Below are positions 22,133 to 30,553 of a DNA stretch of 64,000 nucleotides, one piece after another (the stretch's first letter is position 1; each line of letters begins with the position of its first letter). The notes below the pieces were generated by a model that was given only the letters and a program-made list of their open reading frames with translations, had not been told where the DNA came from and ran no database searches. The position numbers and the translations under genes were made by a program. The stretch comes from Selaginella moellendorffii (Eukaryota; Plantae; Lycopodiophyta). The stretch covers positions 3,419,710 to 3,483,709 of the forward strand of contig NW_003314264.1 of assembly GCF_000143415.4 (NCBI RefSeq). The letters are read 5' to 3'.

Positions 22133-24799
22133 CTACCAAATGTTTTTGCAAGAGCAAACACCACCTACAAACCTGTGAATCCTGTTGGCATCCTTCACAA
22201 CAATCTCTCGTCCAACAACCTTGGACAAAAACTGGGTTGCGTCATGGCAGTCATAACACATTCTCAAATTCTTGGTCACCTCAACTTTGGTCCCAGGCTG
22301 CGTAGAAATGAAAGCGTAACCAAGCGCAAGCTTCTCACTGTGGCGGCACAGAAGCTCCTCTTTCGCTCTCTCCTCATCGCCGTCATCTCCCAGCATCGTC
22401 ACCACATTAGTATTTGGAACATAGCCAGCCTCTCTCATGAGTACTTCCAGCCTCGCAAGCTCCTTGTGAACGTTCTCGATTTGGGGATGCGAGGTATCCC
22501 CAACAACGAATCTATGAAGCTTGCCTCCGACCCTCACCCGGCTTACCCCTGGAATCCGCTTCACGTTTCTCGTCAACATCATCTCCTTGACAAGTTTTAC
22601 ATCGTCTTCGTTTCCATCCCCACTGCTAAGAGTGTTGGCCAACAAGACGTGAAGAGAACCGCTTCTTGAGTCCAATTCCAGTGCTTTCTCTACCATACGC
22701 TTTGCTCTATCGCAGTCATTGAAGCTCCTGCAAGCTCCCAGAAATGCGTGCCAAGCTACCTCGTCCGGAACGAAAGGCATGTCGAGGATCAAAGCTTCGG
22801 CTTTGTCCAAGTGTCTTGCTCGCCCAAAGAGATCTATCATGCAAGTGTAGTGCCTCTCTGTAGCTTCGATCGCGTAGTCTCCCACCATCAAATGAAAGCA
22901 GTCCCTCGCGTCCATCACCTTCGCGACATGGCTAAAACCATCCAGGAGGCAAACGAACGAGACCTCGTTTACCTCAATTCCTTCCATGGATATAAACCGA
23001 AGAAGCTCCATTGACTCCCAGACCTGACCGTTTCGCGAGTATCCCGCAAGCACTGAGTTGAGCATCTCGGCTTGCCAGCACGGAGCCAACACTAAAACCT
23101 CGCAAGCTTTGCTAATTTGCCCATGTCTGGCATATGCCGCAGCGAGCAAGGTCCACGATATCGAGTTCCTCTCCATCATCCCGTCGAAAGCTTTTTTGGA
23201 ATCCAGCGGCGTAGCGTGGCTGGCGTAGCATGAAAGCATGGCGTTCCATGAAACTGTGTTTGTTTTTGCCATCTTTCTTAGAACAAGCTCGGCCATCTCG
23301 ACTTCCCCGCTCGCCACATAGGCGGAAAGAAAAACCGTCCAGAGAACGACATCCCGCTGCTCAGCATAAAAGAATCTTTCTTTGATTATATTCATGCTAT
23401 CTCTTCCGGTGATCTCGACTATGCGCGTAGTACACGCCGTTGCATCCCATTGCGGCATCAAATAGAAGACCCTTTCCGCTTCAACAAAATCCCCAGCATT
23501 GGTATTTGCAGTGACGAGCAAAGTCCACATTGCTACACACCTCTTGGGGGCAATATCAAATGTTTCTTTGCACTCAATTGCGCAGCCATGCCTGGCCAAA
23601 GCTCCTAACAAAACAATGTACGCCACAGTGTCGTGTAGAGGCATCAACCAAAACGCTTTGCTCGTTTCGTCCACGAATCCATTGTGAGCGTATCCACGCA
23701 ACAGCACCGTCCACAAGATCAAATTCCACTCGAGGCTACTGTCAAAAACCACCTTTGCTTGTTCCATCTCGCCAGCCTTCCCATAAGCATCAACGATTGC
23801 CGCTAAGTTGGCGGTGTTTATCTGCGGCATTTTGTCCAAGACGCTGGCCGCAGCATTTGAATCCCCTGCTCTGGAGAAGGCATTGAGCAAGGAATTAAAC
23901 GAGACTATCGATCTGCCACCTTGCATGTCATCGAACTTTCTCTTGGCATCTGCGTCGTCGTGCGAAGGGCATGAGTTCCAAGAGACGGTGTCCCACTCGG
24001 GCATCTTGGCGAAAACGTTTCGGGCATCTTCGTCCTGCCCGGCTCTCGCCAGAGCCGCGAGGATCGTGTTCCAGGACACCATATCCCTCTTCCCTTCCAT
24101 CCTCTCGAAGCAATCCATGGCTTCTTGGACGCGGCCACACTTGGAGTAGCAACTCACGAGCGCGTTCCACGCGACAGTGTCGACTTCTCGCGAGGAGATC
24201 CGATCGAACGCCGCCTTTGCATCCTCGGGCTTGCACTGCTCGGCAAAGACCCCGATCATGGCCGTGCAAGAGATCTTGTTGGCCACCACCCCCTCGTCCT
24301 CCATCTCGCGGAAGAGCTCCTGGGCATCGCTCCACTTTCGATTGTCGAGAAAGACCTTGAGCATGGTGTTCCACGAGTAGTCGTCCCGGGAAGCCATGCT
24401 CGCGAACACTCTGTGAGCTTCGGCGACGCCCTGGCACCTCGCAAACATGAGGATGATGAGATTGGAGAGGTATCTCTTGTTGGCCGAGAACACGGTGCCA
24501 CTGGCGAGCACCCGGCGATGGAGAGCCTCGGCCTCACTCAGCCCACCACGAAAGCTTCTCAGCGTCGAGATACAATCCTCCGCTCGCGCGAACGCGGGCT
24601 CCCCGCGGACGACGTTGCGTGAACTTCCTCCGAGCTCGCGATCGCTAGGAGGAATGTTAGTAATTTCTTCTAGAACTTGCCGGGCCATCGCGCCGATCTT
24701 CTCGTCCTTCATCTTGTCACACATCCAGCGCAGGTAGCTTTCTGGTACTTCCAAGAGGGACTTACCCTTGTGCTTCCCGAACGGCAGGATCGTGTGCAT
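22133..24799 (-). CDS. PLS-E-DYW-type PPR protein with an N-terminal FGKHKG..YLRW (DUF3820/ExoX-C-like) module
   Basis: 888-aa intronless ORF; starts MHTILPFGKHKGKSLLEVPESYLRWM; PPR array; E domain; PGVS box, HRFVVGDTSHPQ, GYVP, HSEKLA, KNLRMCYDCH, terminal CSCKNIW. Confidence 0.92.
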   Translation of the reverse strand: MHTILPFGKHKGKSLLEVPESYLRWMCDKMKDEKIGAMARQVLEEITNIPPSDRELGGSSRNVVRGEPAFARAEDCISTLRSFRGGLSEAEALHRRVLASGTVFSANKRYLSNLIILMFARCQGVAEAHRVFASMASRDDYSWNTMLKVFLDNRKWSDAQELFREMEDEGVVANKISCTAMIGVFAEQCKPEDAKAAFDRISSREVDTVAWNALVSCYSKCGRVQEAMDCFERMEGKRDMVSWNTILAALARAGQDEDARNVFAKMPEWDTVSWNSCPSHDDADAKRKFDDMQGGRSIVSFNSLLNAFSRAGDSNAAASVLDKMPQINTANLAAIVDAYGKAGEMEQAKVVFDSSLEWNLILWTVLLRGYAHNGFVDETSKAFWLMPLHDTVAYIVLLGALARHGCAIECKETFDIAPKRCVAMWTLLVTANTNAGDFVEAERVFYLMPQWDATACTTRIVEITGRDSMNIIKERFFYAEQRDVVLWTVFLSAYVASGEVEMAELVLRKMAKTNTVSWNAMLSCYASHATPLDSKKAFDGMMERNSISWTLLAAAYARHGQISKACEVLVLAPCWQAEMLNSVLAGYSRNGQVWESMELLRFISMEGIEVNEVSFVCLLDGFSHVAKVMDARDCFHLMVGDYAIEATERHYTCMIDLFGRARHLDKAEALILDMPFVPDEVAWHAFLGACRSFNDCDRAKRMVEKALELDSRSGSLHVLLANTLSSGDGNEDDVKLVKEMMLTRNVKRIPGVSRVRVGGKLHRFVVGDTSHPQIENVHKELARLEVLMREAGYVPNTNVVTMLGDDGDEERAKEELLCRHSEKLALGYAFISTQPGTKVEVTKNLRMCYDCHDATQFLSKVVGREIVVKDANRIHRFVGGVCSCKNIW

Positions 24800-25055
24800 T
24801 CCTTCGCAGAGATCAAGGAAAAAATGAAACTATAGCCATCAAGAACCCTAAACTCTCGTTCCATTCAAACATTTCTTTCTAGAGGGGGATTCTTCCTTTT
24901 CTACTCTACTTGGATCGTTCTTGGCTGTGGTCTGGCAGGATCGTGTGCATTCCTTCGCAGAGATCAAGGAAAGAATGAAACTATCAAGAACCCTAAATTC
25001 TCGTTCCATCTTTCTACAGGCTTCTCTACTCTACTTGGATCGTTCTTGGCTGTGG
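24783..25055. repeat. Imperfect tandem duplication of the sHSP-stop to PPR-start junction
   Basis: 24783-24930 and 24934-25055 both read ggcaggatcgtgtgcattccttcgcagagatcaaggaa...ctactctacttggatcgttcttggctgtgg. Confidence 0.9.
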
Positions 25056-25475
25056 CTTGGCGACCTTTGGAACCGTGACAGTGAGAACCCCATTCTCCAC
25101 TTGGGCCTTGATCCCGTCCACATTGGCATTCTCCGGCAGCCGGAATTTCCTCATGAAGCTGCCATAGCTGCGCTCCACGCGGTGCCACTTGTCGGTCTTC
25201 TGGGCCTCGTGCATCTTCCTCTCGCCACTGATCTGGAGGGTGCGCCCGTGCTCCACCGTGATCTTCACGTCCTCCTTGCTCAGCCCTGGGAGATCGGCCT
25301 TGAAGACGTGGGCGTCGGGCGTCTCGAGCCAATCCACGCGGGTGTTGGCGGCGGCGCTCGCGTCCCTGGCGACCTGCTTGGAGGGCTCGTTGCCCCCGCC
25401 GGACAAGATGGACGAGAGCTCCGGGAAGGGATCGAAGACGCCGCCATTGTCATTGCCGTAGAAGAAGAGAGCCAT
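25026..25475 (-). CDS. Class I cytosolic small heat shock protein (HSP17/18 family)
   Basis: [68 protein letters not shown]. Confidence 0.95.
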   Translation of the reverse strand: MALFFYGNDNGGVFDPFPELSSILSGGGNEPSKQVARDASAAANTRVDWLETPDAHVFKADLPGLSKEDVKITVEHGRTLQISGERKMHEAQKTDKWHRVERSYGSFMRKFRLPENANVDGIKAQVENGVLTVTVPKVAKPQPRTIQVE

Positions 25476-25544
25476 TGCCTCACTCTGCTTAAAACCTAGG
25501 AAAAGGAATCGCTAGAGATGAGTTCCTGAACGAGCCCTGCCTCG

Positions 25545-25616
25545 TTTTATACCATCCAGCGCTGGCAATTCTGGTAGATTCTAGGAGATTCTAAAGAGAT
25601 CTAGAAGATTCGAAAG
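25545..25616 (-). promoter_or_regulatory. TATA box plus heat-shock element array of the sHSP gene
   Basis: TATAAAA on the minus strand at about 25545-25551; TTC units at 25569, 25579, 25589 and 25609 (10-bp phase) with GAA at 25604. Confidence 0.8.
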
Positions 25617-25978
25617 CATATGCCACCAACGGACCTCAAGATATTTAAAGTGTGGATGATGGCCCTCTCATAGAAATTCTGTTTAATGATGCCTCTTGGA
25701 TTTGTTCTTGAGTAGAAACACTCCTCTTTCTTATCTATATTCTCAAGAAAGATTGGAACAAGTGTTTCTTCCTGTAAGGAGTAACTTTTCACGAACTTTT
25801 CCTTTGTTCTTACTGTATTCTTTGGAGTGAGATCTATACTTTGCACGAGTCCATGTCATGTTTCCACCCAAACGAAGATCCATCCAGATGCCATGGATAT
25901 CCATTCAGGTGGAGTAGAAAGAAGCAAAATATTATATAATGTACAGACATACACAAGCACCTGGTAATATCATCTACC

Positions 25979-27434
25979 TTAGAGCAGCAATCCAGGAAGA
26001 GTCATCTCCTCGAAAACTTTTAACCGCCGCCCCGTCCAGCCTTGATCACACTCTTCGACGCTTTGCAGCTCGCGATCTCTTGCGGTGGTCTCCTCCAGAT
26101 CTCGCAGGAGAGCATCGTCTGCGCTGTCAAAGCTGCTAGCCAGGGACCGCCTCGCGGCAGCCGCCCTGTCGTCCTGAAGAAGAACATCTTTCCAGGTGAC
26201 CGATTGATCCAAAGCTTTCTTTGGCTTTTCCAAGCTGCTCGCGGGTGACTGCCGGGCGTAAGCTTTGTTTGTCCAATCGGAAGTGAGCGGCAACCGCGAC
26301 TCTTGCTCGCTGCTCGAGGGCGGGCTCCAAATTGTTTCATGTTGCTCGTTCTCGGTCTCATAACTCCTCTTTCTCGAGATCTTAGCTTCGGAGGTCTCGT
26401 TATCGTCTCCATCGTCGCTAAACCCGGAGGTTGCAGCCAGGATTTCCGGGAGGTGGTGTTTCAGCGAAGTTCTAGCCGGAGACGATAAGGGGTTCCACGA
26501 GCTCTCGTCTACATTGAGTTCCACGGAGGAAGTCGTGGCCTTGGCACTCTTCCTTTGTACGGACTTCATCTCTCTCAGCTCGACCAGCACCTCCTGGGCT
26601 CGCTCGTACGTCTTGCGTTGCGAGGGAGATGCATTCCAGGCCGGGGGAGCCACGCTCTCGAGTGTAACCCTTGCATCGTGAAGCTTCCCTTGCTTCTGGA
26701 AGCAAATCCCGAGGTTGCAGACTTTGTTGCTGTCTGGCTCTATCGAGAGAGCTTTCCTGGATAAGTGGTTTTGTTCCATAGTGAGCATCGAGGCAATGGG
26801 AAAGAATCGAAATACCTGTAGACAGCCTCGGCAGCAATATAGTTCGATTGCTGCATATAAGCCCATCCCAAGTTTCCCTGCAATTGAGATCTCAATAAGC
26901 TCTCAGACCTTCGATCTTAGAATAGAAAAGCGATCTTCTCACCAGCAAGCGAGACGCCTCTTGCTCGATCGATACTTGAAACTTGCGTCCCTGTGATCGA
27001 GCTGTTTTGGTTCGCTTCCCGTTAAAAGCGAGACCTTCATGGATAAGGTGGAGCTTCCGTTTTAACAGTGCTATTTGGTCGTCGAGGCGTCCACACCTCT
27101 GCGTCAAGGCAACACCGACACTTTAGTCAAAGAAAATAATTAAATAGCTCTAAACTCGTCGAGAAGCCTGGCTTTGCAGTCTTTCCTACCTTGTAGAGAT
27201 CCAAGAGCACATTATCCAAGGCTTCTTGTGCCTGATCCGTGCAACGATCACGCAGAGACTTGATCGCCTCAATCGCCTCCTCGGGCCTGTTCTGCTGTTT
27301 CATTACAATGGCCATGTCCTTGAGGGCGCTGTCCACACGATCTCCCGCATTGATAGCCGCCCAGAACAAAGCTATAGCTCGATCTGGATCCTTGTCGACA
27401 AGCTGCGATCAAGCAAGAGGAAGCTCAAGCTTTT

Positions 27435-27478
<44 letters not shown>

Positions 27479-27626
27479 AGAAGAGAAGAGAAAGAAAGAA
27501 AGCCACAACACTTACTTGGACGTGTTTGGCTTTGACATAAGGAGTGTCTCCCACGGGAATTTTGTGTAGAACATGAAAGCTCTCCTGGAAAGACGCCGAA
27601 TCCAAGTTGTAGCGATCAATCCACAT
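25979..27626 (-). CDS. TPR protein of the MS5/POLLENLESS3/SDI1 family (multi-exon)
   Basis: FHVLHKIPVGDTPYVKAKHVQ, FWAAINAGDRVDSALKDMAIVMKQ, LDNVLLDLYK, FNGKRTKTARSQGRKFQVS, GNLGWAYMQ, NKVCNLGIC, RRLKVFEEMT; start codon uncertain. Confidence 0.88.
27437..27500. repeat. (GA)n microsatellite in the first intron of the TPR gene
   Basis: Long gagaga run followed by gaaa units. Confidence 0.9.
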
Positions 27627-28211
27627 CCTTTGATCTTGCCTCCCTCTCAACAGCTCAAGCCAGGCGAGAATACGACCACGATGCGACTAAATCCTCCAAT
27701 GCATCATCACACTCGATTTGCCGCTCGCATTTCTCGATTTGCCGCCGCTTACCTCGCCCTTAAACCCTAATCTTCCACGCGAATATAAGGTCAAGGATCG
27801 ATGGATGTGTGTGTTGTGTGTGAGAGGGAGAGAGAAAGCTTTGCTACTCCCCTCCTCTACCGGTTTTGCCTCCATTTATATGTAATAATGTGGCCAATAT
27901 CATTGGGAGCTCCGTACACCCGAAGAGGAGTTGCACTTAGACGGAAGGAGGACTAGATACATCCAAAACGATGCACCCAGTCTTGAAGCGTCGATTCGCA
28001 GCAACGCGGCGACACGCGAAAGTCTAAGAAGCCAAAGCCCGGTCGCGCTCCGTCGTACATGTATATTCCAAATGGAGCACCACTGGCGGATATTACAAGG
28101 ATATCCCTTTATTTATTAAACCTGACTAGGTGCAATGCACAAGAAGAGGCATATTCGGTTTGGACTGCGGAGGCTTGGCCACGTAAAATTGTGTTTCTTT
28201 TTCGATATGCC

Positions 28212-30334
28212 TCACTCTTCCAGGCGTGGTTGGCAATGTATGAAGTGTTTCAAGTCCGCGTGGAAGTCTTCCAGGAACGCGTCAAGTGATTTGCCCTCCA
28301 TGGCGTTTAGCGCAGTAAATCGTTTCGTTAGATGCTCCAGAGGTGACGACTCGTACTGGGAATATCAAAAAGTTTGGTCTAACCGAGTATAAGCGAAAAA
28401 TTCGATATACCAACCTTGGCTTGCTGTGTTTTCTCGCACAGGAAGATTGCAAGCGTTGCGTCTGGCACCTATGAGAAATCACACTTGTAAGTTTCATGTC
28501 AAGGAAGAATGGAAAAGTTTGGAGTAGCTCTTACGAGTGCCTGGTTACGCAGGCATAGCCGTGCGCAGGCCGAGGCTGTTTTCATGAGACTCTCCAGCGT
28601 CGCCAAAGAGACTTCGTCGCTCTCGGAAGCTCTTCTCAGCAAGAGGTAGTATCCGCTTATCAGTTGCTGTGCTTCGTCAGCCATTGTCACGCTCTCGATG
28701 CTCGATGAGAGGCGGATGCGATGCCTGGCGGAGCCTCGGATTGCGGCACCTTCGCTGAAGTCCAGGATAAACTTCCGGATAGAATCTTCGCCGAGACTTT
28801 GCTCCTCGAACAGTGGAACAACGATGTCGAATTTGTTGAGGAGTTGGCGATGAAGCAGCTCTTTGCTTCCCTGTTTGAAGACTCCTCTCTCCCGGCGGGG
28901 ATTCCAAGTCGCGTGAACGCCCCAGACGGTTGAGGTGCAAGGCACAACGAGCTCTGGACAGTTCTTCATGGTGAGCACCTCTTTGTCCATGGCGTCGCAC
29001 AGTAGCTTTAACGCCTCTTTTGTAAGGAAGTCCTTGCAAACGTCGACGATGCAAACACCACCACTGCTCAAAGCTAAGCTCCCTGCGTGCAAGCTCCCGT
29101 GGTCAGCAGATCGACCGACTGTTGCTAGCAGCTGCTTCTTGTCACCGGAGTGATACACTGACCGTGTTGAGCATGCTGCCGCTGCTTTCAGCAAGGCCGT
29201 GATCGTTGACAGCGAACTCATGGCCGTGAAGAGTAAATGAATTCGCTTCCTGTTTGACTTCGTCTCTTGTAGCGTAGAAACCAGGCTGAGAATCACTGCC
29301 ACCCTCTGGTACTTGGTTGAAAACCTGAGGTATCCACACTCCTGGTCTCCATAGAACTGTTCTGTCAAGAGCTCCAGAGAAGCTGTGCTTTCTTTCTCTG
29401 ACCAAGGACTCAGGTCTCTGGGAACGAGCGTCAAGATATTGTTGGCCTCGATCTGAATTTCTCCAAACAAGTTGCTGCTCTTGGGCAATGAAGTCGGAAG
29501 AAAGCTCGTTGTGTAGACATGTCCCAGGACAGACACCGTGTCTCCGACATCGATCCTTTGAGTCAAATCGTCAAATAGATGAATTCGAGCAAGCGGCTGG
29601 TTTATCACGTTGCCTGTGGAAAGGCTGGGCGAAGGACCCAGAAGCACCTCCTAGAAAAACGTTCCAAGAGGTTCACAACACATAAACTTTATGAAAGAAA
29701 GAATTTGGATAGAAACCTGGTGACGAATGTATATAGCAGCCGACTCATCCTCATAGAATCCGGCAAAACAACAACGTGGGAGATGGATTTCTTCCTTGAG
29801 CTTGTGATAATCATCGTGGACGGAAGCGCAGCCCCTGCATTTAAATCTTCTCATGAATGGAGAGTATCCAGAAAAGTTACGTCAAGGAAAACGCTATGAA
29901 AAGCGAAGAGAGAAACACGCTGAGAAGGATATCTTACCGACGGTATGGACAGCATAGGCGACTCCAAAGACGTGAACGAGATTGCCATTGTCATCCATGC
30001 TACAATCCTTGCTCCTGAGGCGCTCCATTGGCGATACTTGAACCGGAGCGGAAGAAACCCTGATCCACAGCCGAGAACCGGACAGCTTGAAATCACGCTC
30101 TTCCCGATCGGAATCCACCCCCCGGAGCTCCTTCAGCCGCTCAAGCAGCGATATCGAGAGCTGTTGGGGCTGATTCAAGATCGCCATGCCGAGCTCCAAA
30201 TCCCAATTCAACGCCTCGGAAGCATCGATCGGCACCACAATGCAGTCATCGCCTTTCTTTACCTTTGCAATGGCGTCACCGAGAGATCCATCGCGCAGCA
30301 ACCACAGCAAAGCTCTGTCCGCCATCGTGGACAT
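28212..30334 (-). CDS. Divergent MCM-family protein with degenerate ATPase motifs (MCMDC2-like)
   Basis: FKCRGC..RCC zinc-finger-like region, LFDDL..VGDTVSVLG OB-fold region, IEANNI, AGSLALSSGGVCIVD, LLNKFDIV, EAQQLISGYYLLLR, TLESLMKTASACARLCLR, DATLAI; spliced end at TGA 28212-28214. Confidence 0.75.
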
Positions 30335-30396
30335 AGCTAGGGCTAGGAAAAAGCCCGCCAAAATTCAAATAACAAAACTAGCAAAAACTATTCTAC

Positions 30397-30469
30397 AGCC
30401 GCCCGTGGGGCTCGAACCCACGACCACAAGGTTAAGAGCCTTGCGCTCTACCGACTGAGCTAGGGCGGC
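30397..30469 (-). tRNA. tRNA-Lys(CTT)
   Basis: GCCGCCCTAGCTCAGTCGGTAGAGCGCAAGGCTCTTAACCTTGTGGTCGTGGGTTCGAGCCCCACGGGCGGC folds as a cloverleaf; T5 terminator downstream. Confidence 0.96.
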
Positions 30470-30553
30470 AATCGCGAAGACCCTTGGATGCCCATCTAAA
30501 GAAATCATTAACCTCAACTTACATAATTTCTAGATACTTAAGTAAAAGATGGA

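Noticed and set aside
22133-22560. Possible U-to-C (KP-type) DYW variant because it ends NIW
   Set aside because: It keeps PGxS and HSE as in canonical C-to-U domains rather than KPA/HAE
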